Below, piece by piece: positions 42,010 to 53,675 of a stretch of DNA of 64,000 nucleotides (position 1 is its first letter; each line of letters begins with the position of its first letter). The DNA comes from Eledone cirrhosa. Taxonomy: Eukaryota. The stretch is from contig OZ024740.1 in the NCBI GenBank assembly GCA_964016885.1, positions 49,538,001 through 49,602,000 on the forward strand, written 5' to 3'. The position numbers and the translations under genes were made by a program. Below the pieces are notes generated by a model that was not told where the DNA came from, searched no databases, and was given only the letters and a program-made list of their open reading frames with translations.

Positions 42010-42103
<94 letters not shown>
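42010..42103. repeat. (TTA)n tract
   Basis: Directly visible; source of the artefactual poly-Asn in the 851-aa ORF. Confidence 0.95.
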
Positions 42104-42299
42104 GAGGGAACGTGAACTGACGGAGTGATGTCAAAGAGAGATAATGAAAACATTGTGTGCCAAATATTTATGCGTTTATTTATGGTCACTGAACACCTTG
42201 AGAAAGTGCATACTTGCATGCTCGCACGTACATACGCACAAATACACACATATATACGTACATAAACATACACACACCCACAACTCACACATATGTATG

Positions 42300-42398
<99 letters not shown>

Positions 42399-43629
42399 GA
42401 TATAGTGACTCATATGCATCTAGTCACCACAATTTTAGTTCATCCAAGAGATATATTTTATTACTGAGAGTGCACAACGGTTTAATAGGTAGTCGGTACT
42501 ATAACTTTGTATCTATGTGAATTAAACACATGAGAAAAATGGACCTTAAATATACTACACGAAGAAAAATATGGTTTATCTATCATAATTTACTTCGTGA
42601 GACATCTACGCGTTTTCAGATACTCATCTCGTCAGCTGCTACATAACTAATGACATTTAAAGGATTTGCGTTGCAATATATTGTATTGAGTGGTAAGAAT
42701 ATACACCGACCAGAGATTGACAAAGGGATGTTGATGTCACTTTATAGATCATTGTCAATTAATAACTATCTGTTTAGATATGAAAAATACTAGAATACTT
42801 TACTAGGGAGAATATATGAGTTTCAGCGAGATGCACAACGAATGAAAAAGTAGCTTTTGATATGACTTCATGCCTATGTAAAGTAAACAGTTACATAATT
42901 AATTTTAACTGTCTCGGCCAACACCATGCTGCTGTTCCCCTTTCGATTATTTTCCTTTCTAATTATTCTCACATACACACATTCAATCACACATAGATTC
43001 GTTTATATTATGTAAGGCATGTTACTCATAGGGGACGATTGAATTAATTTACTAATTAACCATTTAAATTATGGTAATTGGTGTTTTTCTTCTCGCCCGA
43101 AATCACGGTATAAGGATATACTTAGATTTACTAATTATACTGTAAGTAAAATTGCATTTGCTATTAAATGTAGTTTTGCTTGCATTTCTTACTATGCTTT
43201 GTTTTGCTAAATTTAAATATAAGTGTACTTTAATAATATTGTATATATATATATATATAGATAGATATATATATATAAAAGGGTATATAACATATCACGC
43301 GGGATACAATTGGTATCGTTGTTACGCTCTTTCAGAACTTGTTTAGCTCCGAAGGATATAGATAATCATGAGAAGTATTTTGAAATAAGTCATTTCTTCA
43401 CATCTGAAACCTCTACTTCTCTTAGGGCAAATAGCTTATTCACACAAGAAATGAGTCACTTGCAATTATATGTTTCTGATAGCAGTGAAGAAGATGCAAA
43501 ATATATTGTTTTAAAATGGGAGTGAGGCAAGATTAAACTTCGTGGAGGTAGGTGAAGATGGGGTCTAGGAAGTAGAAATAAAGCGGGATAAGCTAGAAGA
43601 AGGAGAGTCGGATGAAGATAGTATTTTTC

Positions 43630-44230
43630 AGTTGTGCAATAACTGTTTCTTTAGAAGTGTCTGTATTTTTCGAATACTTCTGTTTTGGTGATTAGAGATC
43701 TTGGTTGGGAAGATTTTGAATATATATCTTTTTTTTCTGCTGCGCAGATACCACATATTTTGTATGCAGGTTTATAGAGTTTCGATTTATCAAAGACTTT
43801 CTTGTTGGTAAGATAGTTTAAATATTTTCCGTTTAGTTTTAACTTGTAGATGGCCAATATTGTAAAGTTTATTTTCTACACCACACTGAAGAAGGATGTA
43901 TGATTATAAAATCTCTGCTTACATTTTCTTTATGCCTATGTATCTTTTATGCGTTACTTCTAAGTTGGGTCCGGTACAATGGATATTTTCCTCACAAATT
44001 ATTGTTTTTTGTATTATTGGTCATGTGTTTTGTTTCTTGTATGGACATATATCTTTCGTATTTGTTAGTTGGTTTGTGTACTGTCATTTTTCATGTTTGT
44101 CGTGCAACTATACCTAATGTTAAGGCTGTCTATGCTTCTAGATAGGAGGAAAGTATTGTCTGTTAAAATTAGGAAGTCTATTACAATATTAGATTTTCCA
44201 TTGACCGAAATAAGACGAAGCAAGATGTTA
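43630..44230 (-). mobile_element. Heavily degraded Penelope-like element, C-terminal region (Naiad-like)
   Basis: SNIVIDFLILTD...NIRYSCTTNMK and KVFDKSKLYKPAYKICGICAAEK...LITKTEVFEKYRH resemble the 'SYSCMPNM' and 'C..C..EK...LNKRSE...KCRH' motifs of this group. Confidence 0.55.
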
Positions 44231-44522
44231 TGTGTTACTTTATTTATTTATATGTCCTGATATTTCGAGATAGAATCTCTTCTTCTGAGGGAAATAGCAA
44301 TGGACTAGTCCAGGTTCGGTGAACGCTTTATAATATGCTGTCGAAGTGGTGGACATAGGTGAGGGAGGAGTGACGGGGGCATAGGGCTCTATCCCACTCT
44401 TGTTTTTAATTATAATATAGGTCTTGCAGGTCAAGATAGTACAGAGATCTTTCCCTTTGAATTTACACAAACACACACACACGCACACACACGCACACAT
44501 ACACACACACGCACACGCACAC

Positions 44523-44597
<75 letters not shown>

Positions 44598-44678
44598 CAC
44601 GCGTACACAAACATACATAACATTGCTTCATCATATTTTCTTGTTCGTTCATTTCGCATTGTCGTGACTTTCAAACTT

Positions 44679-44797
<119 letters not shown>

Positions 44798-44993
44798 ATA
44801 CTATAACACAATGTCTGTCTGTAAATGTGTGAGAATGATTCATGATTTGCTGCAGTTTTGCTGACGTAAGAAAACGAACATAAAAGTTGTAGTCTATTTG
44901 TTAAATATGGATTTCAAAACAATAACCAGGAACTATGAAATGCTCATTTTGAAATCATGTCGACAAATACATGCATCACACTATTTATATTCG

Positions 44994-45082
<89 letters not shown>
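44994..45082. repeat. (CTAT)n tetranucleotide microsatellite
   Basis: Directly visible. Confidence 0.95.
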
Positions 45083-45083
<1 letters not shown>

Positions 45084-45173
45084 GTATCCATTTCTCTCTC
45101 TCTCTCATTCTTTCTCTCGCTCTCTCCCTCTTTCTCTCTCTCTATCTCTCTCTTTATATATATATATATATAT

Positions 45174-45738
45174 AATATGTTGAGAAGGTAACACACCAGA
45201 GAGAGATATATAGTGCGTTATCAATAATACAGGGAAAAAACCACCAGTGTATGGAATCTATAACCTATGAAAGGCAGACTATAGACACGATAATTAAAAA
45301 TATAAATTAAAGCGTAAATAAATACCTTTATAACTATATAACACACGTACAAATCCAAAGATATGTTTCACCAAAAAATTTGTTGAAAGAAATGGTCTAG
45401 TCTCGGTTCATCAGCGTGTGTAAGGCCATACATTTCAGACAACACTAAGAGCATTTTACAATTGACTGTCCAGCTACACGTGGGAGAGAGAAGTCACAGC
45501 GTGTTTAAGGGCAGTGAACCAGTGGCCTCTGAGAGACGAACTGCTAGAAAGGGCAGCCCAAAGCCACTCAGAGAAGTGTGCTCAACCAAAGAGAGATAGG
45601 AAAGACTGTTATTAGGAGCGAAATATCACGATAAATTAACGGAGGCATAGGCCGTCGTTATTCCCTGTAAATAATGTGCTCAAAGGGGAAGAGATCCTGA
45701 GCCCTTTAAAATATAATATGTTGAGAAGGTAACACACC

Positions 45739-45741
<3 letters not shown>
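45174..45741 (-). mobile_element. 541-bp terminally redundant hammerhead-containing element (retrozyme-like monomer or Penelope pseudo-LTR)
   Basis: The 27-bp direct repeat aatatgttgagaaggtaacacaccaga occurs at 45174-45200 and 45715-45741. (TA)n on both sides, with an internal hammerhead. Confidence 0.7.
45341..45421 (-). ncRNA. Type I hammerhead ribozyme motif with complete stems
   Basis: Minus strand: acacacg-CTGATGA-acc..(long insert)..ggt-GAAA-catatc tttg gatttg-TA-cgtgtgt. Perfect 7-bp stem I and a GUA cleavage triplet. Confidence 0.8.
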
Positions 45742-45810
<69 letters not shown>

Positions 45811-45888
45811 ACAGAACTTAAAACTGAACTTAAAACGATAAGTTCTTGTTTTTGGATATGTCACTATGTGTAAAACAACTTTTATATT

Positions 45889-45930
45889 TTGTCTGATGAG
45901 AACGTACCAAAATTGAAATATATATAATAA
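45889..45930 (+). ncRNA. Degenerate minimal hammerhead-like motif
   Basis: ttgt-CTGATGA-...-GAAA-tatata-TA-ataa, then AATAAA. Stem II is poorly paired. Confidence 0.4.
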
Positions 45931-45965
45931 AATAAATATGGTTTTATAAAGATAGTTTCCATTTA

Positions 45966-46019
<54 letters not shown>

Positions 46020-46263
46020 GGAAAAAATGAAACGAAATTTCATTTCCCAATCTTAGTACGACTGTTACTTAAATATAAGTATGTACACGTATATACATAT
46101 ATATATACAGACGTACAGTAGTATGTATATATATATACATACATGCACTCATATATATATATGTACGTATGGATTCACCGAACAGTTATTATAATGCTCA
46201 GTGTGTTTGTAAACAAACATCCCGTATTAAGCCTTAGTGTCCAGCAACCATCGTTGTTCGTTT

Positions 46264-46350
46264 GTTCAACACTGACAAAGGAACGCTGTACTAGTTTCAA
46301 GCTTATTAGCTATCGTCAGCAACGTATACCTTCCTGCCAGATTGTTGAAC
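46264..46350 (-). ncRNA. Type I hammerhead ribozyme motif in array unit 1 (repeated in all ten units)
   Basis: Minus strand: acgttg-CTGACGA-t agct aata agct t-GAAA-ctag-TA^cagcgt, with stem I extended by gga/tcc, ctggca/tgtcag and gttcaaca/tgttgaac. Predicted cuts fall immediately right of + positions 46288, 46708, 47130, 47550, 47972, 48392, 48814, 49234, 49656 and 50076. Confidence 0.85.
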
Positions 46351-49300
46351 GTATATACTTACCTTATGCATATTAACGGCTGAGTAGCGCAATTTGCATA
46401 TCGAGTATGTTAATCGGCCGGGTGCACCGAAAACGATAAACGGAAAAAATGAAACGAAATTTCATTTCCCACTCTTAGCACGGCTGTTACTTAAATATAA
46501 GTATGTACACGTACATACATATATGTATACAGACGTACAGTAGTATGTATATATATATACATACAAGCACATATATATATATGTACGTATGGATTCACCG
46601 AACATTTATTATAATGCTCAGTGTGTTTGTAAACAAACATCCCGTATTAAGCCGTAGTGTCCAGCAACCATCGTTGCTCGGTTGTTCAACACTGACAAAG
46701 GAACGCTGTACTAGTTTCAAGCTTATTAGCTATCGTCAGCAACGTATACCTTCCTGCCAGATTGTTGAACGTATATACTTACCTTATGCATATTAACGGC
46801 TGAGTAGCCCAATTTGCATATCGAGTGGGTTAATCGGCCAGGTGCACCGAAAACGATAAACGGAAAAAATGAAACGAAATGTTATTTCCCACTCTTAGTA
46901 CGGCTGTTACTTAAATATAAGTATGTACACGTATATACATATATATATACAGACGTACAGTAGTATGTATATATATATACATACATGCACTCATATATAT
47001 ATATGTACGTATGGATTCACCGAACAGTTATTATAATGCTCAGTGTGTTTGTAAACAAACATCCCGTATTAAGCCTTAGTGTCCAGCAACCATCGTTGTT
47101 CGTTTGTTCAACACTGACAAAGGAACGCTGTACTAGTTTCACGCTTATTAGCTATCGTCAGCAACGTATACCTTCCTGCCAGATTGTTGAACGTATATAC
47201 TTACCTTATGCATATTAACGGCTGAGTAGCCCAATTTGCATATCGAGTATGTTAATCGGCCGGGTGCACCGAAAACGATAAACGGAAAAAATGAAACGAA
47301 ATTTCATTTCCCACTCTTAGTACGGCTGTTACTTAAATATAAGTATGTACACGTACATACATATATGTATACAGACGTACAGTAGTATGTATATATATAT
47401 ACATACATGCACATATATATATATGTACGTATGGATTCACCGAACATTTATTATAATGCTCAGTGTGTTTGTAAACAAACATCCCGTATTAAGCCTTAGT
47501 GTCCAGCAACCATCGTTGCTCGTTTGTTCAACACTGACAAAGGAACGCTGTACTAGTTTCAAGCTTATTAGCTATCGTCAGCAACGTATACCTTCCTGCC
47601 AGATTGTTGAACGTATATACTTACCTTATGCATATTAACGGCTGAGTAGCCCAATTTGAATATCTAGTGGGTTAATCGGCCGGGTGCACCGAAAACGATA
47701 AACGGAAAAAATGAAACGAAATGTCATTTCCCACTCTTAGTACGACTGTTACTTAAATATAAGTATGTACACGTATATACATATATATATACAGACGTAC
47801 AGTAGTATGTATATATATATACATACATGCACTCATATATATATATGTACGTATGGATTCACCGAACAGTTATTATAATGCTCAGTGTGTTTGTAAACAA
47901 ACATCCCGTATTAAGCCTTAGTGTCCAGCAACCATCGTTGTTCGTTTGTTCAACACTGACAAAGGAACGCTGTACTAGTTTCACGCTTATTAGCTATCGT
48001 CAGCAACGTATACCTTCCTGCCAGATTGTTGAACGTATATACTTACCTTATGCATATTAACGGCTGAGTAGCCCAATTTGCATATCGAGTATGTTAATCG
48101 GCCGGGTGCACCGAAAACGATAAACGGAAAAAATGAAACGAAATTTCATTTCCCACTCTTAGTACGGCTGTTACTTAAATATAAGTATGTACACGTACAT
48201 ACATATATGTATACAGACGTACAGTAGTATGTATATATATATACATACATGCACATATATATATATGTACGTATGGATTCACCGAACATTTATTATAATG
48301 CTCAGTGTGTTTGTAAACAAACATCCCGTATTAAGCCGTAGTGTCCAGCAACCATCGTTGCTCGGTTGTTCAACACTGACAAAGGAACGCTGTACTAGTT
48401 TCAAGCTTATTAGCTATCGTCAGCAACGTATACCTTCCTGCCAGATTGTTGAACGTATATACTTACCTTATGCATATTAACGGCTGAGTAGCCCAATTTG
48501 AATATCTAGTGGGTTAATCGGCCGGGTGCACCGAAAACGATAAACGGAAAAAATGAAACGAAATGTCATTTCCCACTCTTAGTACGACTGTTACTTAAAT
48601 ATAAGTATGTACACGTATATACATATATATATACAGACGTACAGTAGTATGTATATATATATACATACATGCACTCATATATATATATGTACGTATGGAT
48701 TCACCGAACAGTTATTATAATGCTCAGTGTGTTTGTAAACAAACATCCCGTATTAAGCCTTAGTGTCCAGCAACCATCGTTGTTCGTTTGTTCAACACTG
48801 ACAAAGGAACGCTGTACTAGTTTCACGCTTATTAGCTATCGTCAGCAACGTATACCTTCCTGCCAGATTGTTGAACGTATATACTTACCTTATGCATATT
48901 AACGGCTGAGTAGCCCAATTTGCATATCGAGTATGTTAATCGGCCGGGTGCACCGAAAACGATAAACGGAAAAAATGAAACGAAATTTCATTTCCCACTC
49001 TTAGTACGGCTGTTACTTAAATATAAGTATGTACACGTACATACATATATGTATACAGACGTACAGTAGTATGTATATATATATACATACATGCACATAT
49101 ATATATATGTACGTATGGATTCACCGAACATTTATTATAATGCTCAGTGTGTTTGTAAACAAACATCCCGTATTAAGCCGTAGTGTCCAGCAACCATCGT
49201 TGCTCGGTTGTTCAACACTGACAAAGGAACGCTGTACTAGTTTCAAGCTTATTAGCTATCGTCAGCAACGTATACCTTCCTGCCAGATTGTTGAACGTAT

Positions 49301-50483
49301 ATACTTACCTTATGCATATTAACGGCTGAGTAGCCCAATTTGAATATCTAGTGGGTTAATCGGCCGGGTGCACCGAAAACGATAAACGGAAAAAATGAAA
49401 CGAAATGTCATTTCCCACTCTTAGTACGACTGTTACTTAAATATAAGTATGTACACGTATATACATATATATATACAGACGTACAGTAGTATGTATATAT
49501 ATATACATACATGCACTCATATATATATATGTACGTATGGATTCACCGAACAGTTATTATAATGCTCAGTGTGTTTGTAAACAAACATCCCGTATTAAGC
49601 CTTAGTGTCCAGCAACCATCGTTGTTCGTTTGTTCAACACTGACAAAGGAACGCTGTACTAGTTTCACGCTTATTAGCTATCGTCAGCAACGTATACCTT
49701 CCTGCCAGATTGTTGAACGTATATACTTACCTTATGCATATTAACGGCTGAGTAGCCCAATTTGCATATCGAGTATGTTAATCGGCCGGGTGCACCGAAA
49801 ACGATAAACGGAAAAAATGAAACGAAATTTCATTTCCCACTCTTAGTACGGCTGTTACTTAAATATAAGTATGTACACGTACATACATATATGTATACAG
49901 ACGTACAGTAGTATGTATATATATATACATACATGCACATATATATATATGTACGTATGGATTCACCGAACATTTATTATAATGCTCAGTGTGTTTGTAA
50001 ACAAACATCCCGTATTAAGCCGTAGTGTCCAGCAACCATCGTTGCTCGGTTGTTCAACACTGACAAAGGAACGCTGTACTAGTTTCAAGCTTATTAGCTA
50101 TCGTCAGCAACGTATACCTTCCTGCCAGATTGTTGAACGTATATACTTACCTTATGCATATTAACGGCTGAGTAGCCCAATTTGAATATCTAGTGGGTTA
50201 ATCGGCCGGGTGCACCGAAAACGATAAACGGAAAAAATGAAACGAAATGTCATTTCCCACTCTTAGTACGGCTGTTACTTAAATATAATGTATGTATGTA
50301 CGTGTACATATAAGTGTACACGTACATACATACATTATATTTAAGTAACAGCCGTACTAAGAGTGGGAAATGACATTTCGTTTCATTTTTTCCGTTTATC
50401 GTTTTCGGTGCACCCGGCCGATTAACCCACTCGATATTCAAATTGGGCTACTCAGCCGTTAATATGCATAAGGTAAGTATATA

Positions 50484-50571
50484 CGTTCAACAATCTGGCA
50501 GGAAGGTATACGTTGCTGACGATAGCTAATAAGCTTGAAACTGCTACAGCGTTCCTTTGTCAGTGTTGAAC
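50484..50571 (+). ncRNA. Hammerhead motif in the inverted array copy, stem III mutated
   Basis: acgttg-CTGACGA-tagctaataagctt-GAAA-ctgc-TA-cagcgt; the palindrome CTAG has become CTGC. Confidence 0.7.
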
Positions 50572-50960
50572 AAACGAGCAACGATGGTTGCTGGACACTA
50601 CGGCTTAATACGGGATGTTTGTTTACAAACACACCGAGCATTTTAATAAATGTTCGGTGAATCCATACGTACATATATATATGTGTGCATGTATGTATAT
50701 ATATATATACATACTACTGTACGTCTGTATACATATATGTATGTACGTGTACATACTTATATATATATATATGTCTCACTCGCTTTACGCGTTTCTATTG
50801 TCCTAATAACTTATTTTAGTTATTATCGCTCCAACGTGAGGTATATGATTTTTAATGCGATAAAATACCCATGATCGTTTGGTAAATCACTGATGAGGGA
50901 CTCATTTTATAACATGTTATCCATGTGCAACCAGCAGTATTCTTCTCACCCATATTTTTC

Positions 50961-51058
<98 letters not shown>

Positions 51059-51789
51059 TTGGCTATCTGTCTCTCTATATGCTTTTGCTTATCTTCAGAA
51101 ATCACTTCATACAGAGAAGACTAGCGATTATATCCTATAATATTGTTACATATGAAACATGCATATGCAACCAACGTACTTACTTAAACACAAGCACTCA
51201 CATGTTACAAGGTTTTTACTATATGTAATATATATATAGAAGTAAAATATTGATTAAATCTTTCGGGGAAGTATTATTTGTTCATATTGAAAATAACCTT
51301 AGAGACAAAGTTCTTCCCCATATTTCACGATGATAGGATTTTTCTTCAGTGTAACTACATTTATGGATAATAAGCTACAAATTACTAATGAAAGATGTTC
51401 TGTATATTTAAGAGTGAAACGACTCAGACTCACTGTGTATTCTATGTTCTGTTAAAATAGTGTCCTAGGTAATATACTCCCACAAATTTAATAATTATTG
51501 AATTTCACCACATTGTGCGTTCCCTTGTTCGTGAAGACTTCATGCTAAGAAGAGAATGTAATATGCCCTATAATAAGTCGTTCGGTAATTATTTGACTAC
51601 ATACAATCTTCTCGCCGTTCTATCACGATCTTGTTGATAGATCATTTTTAATTTAAGTGACAAGCTTCCATCAAGAAATGACAAGATAAGACGTTGAAAG
51701 TAGCACAACTGTTTCTCTCATAAACAGCTGCATTTTGTATATTCACGTGCTGGAAGCCAGAATGTTCTTTATATCAGTGCTCAACATGA

Positions 51790-52240
51790 TCCACCGTGGA
51801 CTCTTTCTGCCTTCACCTGCTTTCCTGTCGCTACAGCGCCGGCCGCCTTCCACGCCATGCTGCCCTCAACGGAGTCATAAAGCTTGGCTTGGATGCTGCA
51901 GGCTTGCCCTCCCAGCTAGAGCCAGTGGGGCTGGACCGAGAAGACTGCAAAAGGCCAGACGGTATGACCATCTTCCCGTTCCGCGGTGGCAAACTCCTCG
52001 TCTGGGATACCACTTGCAGCGACACTTTCTCCAGTCGCAACCTGGTGCAGTCTGCGACTAACCCAGGGTCTGCTGCACTTCGGTCTGAGGAAGCAAAACT
52101 CTCCAAATACCGGTCGCCCTCCGACAGGTTTGCGGTCATGACCTTGGTAGTGGAGACTTCTGGTGTCATTGGCCCCAGGGCTACTTCCCTACTCACCACC
52201 ATAGGCGCTGAGCTGATCAGCTGCAGGTGTGAACTTATAA
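51790..52240 (+). mobile_element. CRE-like non-LTR retrotransposon fragment (zinc knuckle remnant and RLE)
   Basis: HLLSC...RHAALN...LEPVGLDREDCKRPDGMTIFPF..GKLLVWDTTCSDT...EEAK..KY...VETSG. Confidence 0.8.
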
Positions 52241-53675
52241 AAGCTAAGAGCGTTGTTTATCATAAAACTCTTCCCCGAGTAATGTTTATCACTTTTAAAT
52301 AGAAAGTTTACAAGTAGAAACAACGGGAATTCGTCATTCAGTAAGGCGAGAAATATAAACAACACTAGTTTTGTTTCGGTTGGTGTGAACATCAACACAT
52401 GTTTACATACATGTGTTTGAAATGGAGTGTGCCAGATTGTAGATTTCCTTCAATGTGGAAGCGCACCATTTTGCAATAAAGCCATTCCATAACAATATTT
52501 ATTAATTAAATATAAATATATTAAATATAAAGCTATGCTGAAACAAAACTTCAATAATTAAATATTGTTCGACACATTTCCACACCTACAACACTTTCCA
52601 TCTGCTTACTAATTAGTCACTGCTTCATTAGACTTACAATTGTCAATTGTTAGCAGAGTAATTATAAGAGAAATTCATTAGTTGAAACAGCTTGCATAAA
52701 ACTTACGTACATAATGTTGAAACATTTTCCCCCCAAGCTGGTGTGTCATTCTTGCTCACAAAATGTGTTTGGAATATGGCAAGTAATCCTGGTTTCTTCA
52801 TGTAGCCTTCCATATTTTTTTTATGTCTTCTGAAGGCGACTTATACATATTTCCCACACCTTTAGCGAAATTTCAGCGTTTATGAGGCATGTTTTAATGT
52901 TAGCCTAGTATCACCTGATTATGTTCGGTCGTATTTGAGAAGACCTAATAACAAAAGCATTCATTCTGTTATTTTCCCTGCTATCATGTATGTAATACTA
53001 CTTTACTGAATGTAGTCTTGGAAACAATCATATTTTAGATGCAGAATATGAATTAATTGAAACCAGATTACAATTTCTAGTAGGCCAAAACTCACGTAGA
53101 CTCCCTATTTGCCTTCAGTTAAGACTTGATGTTAATGTTCCACCAACATGAGCGATTTTGCTTGAAAACATTCTTGAAATTCATTCAGTCTATCTTATAT
53201 GTTGAAATAGTCACTCGAGTTGCTAGAAATAATACCCAACCCCTGATCAAATGTTACTCTCAAAGTTACGATACACACAGCTAGCGCATATTTGATCAAA
53301 GCGTGAACAAGATTGATCTAGAATATCAAGACCAAATTTAGTATCAGCTTGTTCAGAAATCAATGAAGATTTTATGAAGATTTTATGTTGTTATTTGTTT
53401 TATTTGTTTCAATATTATCTATAAATAAAACCTTTCGCATGGTTTGTGGAATAATGTATCACTTGAAAGCTTATTTTAAGTTATGTTCTTTCTTTGTCAT
53501 CTATTTTTAAGATAAATTGTATTCTCACCAATTTGAAATTAAGATGTCAAAATATGATATTCATTATATTTATTTCTATGAGATTAACTTAGGTTGCAGT
53601 GTATCACACACAGCTAGAAACAACAATGAAGGTTTGAGCTAAGGAAGTATAAATAAATGTAGAGTTCAGTGTTTT

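Larger units (their letters stand above)
46016..50762. repeat. Tandem array of ten 422/420-bp units (842-bp higher-order dimer), a partial 11th unit and one inverted copy; candidate retrozyme / hammerhead satellite
   Basis: Units start at 46016, 46438, 46858, 47280, 47700, 48122, 48542, 48964, 49384, 49806 and 50226 (partial). Inversion centre 50309-50314. TA runs at both ends. Confidence 0.95.

Noticed and set aside
42010-42134. Poly-Asn N-terminus of the 851-aa ORF
   Set aside because: It is the flanking (AAT)n tract read in frame with a 5'-truncated element.
42603-42640. Minus-strand CTGACGA-gat gagt atc-tGAAAa-cgcg-TA hammerhead-like motif
   Set aside because: Stem I does not pair and the spacing is off; at best a decayed copy.
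46355-46366. ATACTTACCT suggesting a tandem U1 snRNA gene cluster
   Set aside because: The match ends after 10 nt, with no U1 stem-loops or Sm site. It is better read as a minus-strand 5' splice-site consensus.
46143-50164. Repeated 77/97-aa ORFs, one per array unit
   Set aside because: They start in TA-rich low-complexity sequence, have no recognisable domain and are antisense to the ribozyme. Their recurrence simply reflects the DNA repeat.
46016-50225. Array considered as a CRISPR-like repeat-spacer locus
   Set aside because: Whole units are near-identical, with no unique spacers and no cas genes, in a eukaryotic context.
50891-50910. CTGATGAG motif after the array
   Set aside because: No stem II closure or GAAA follows.
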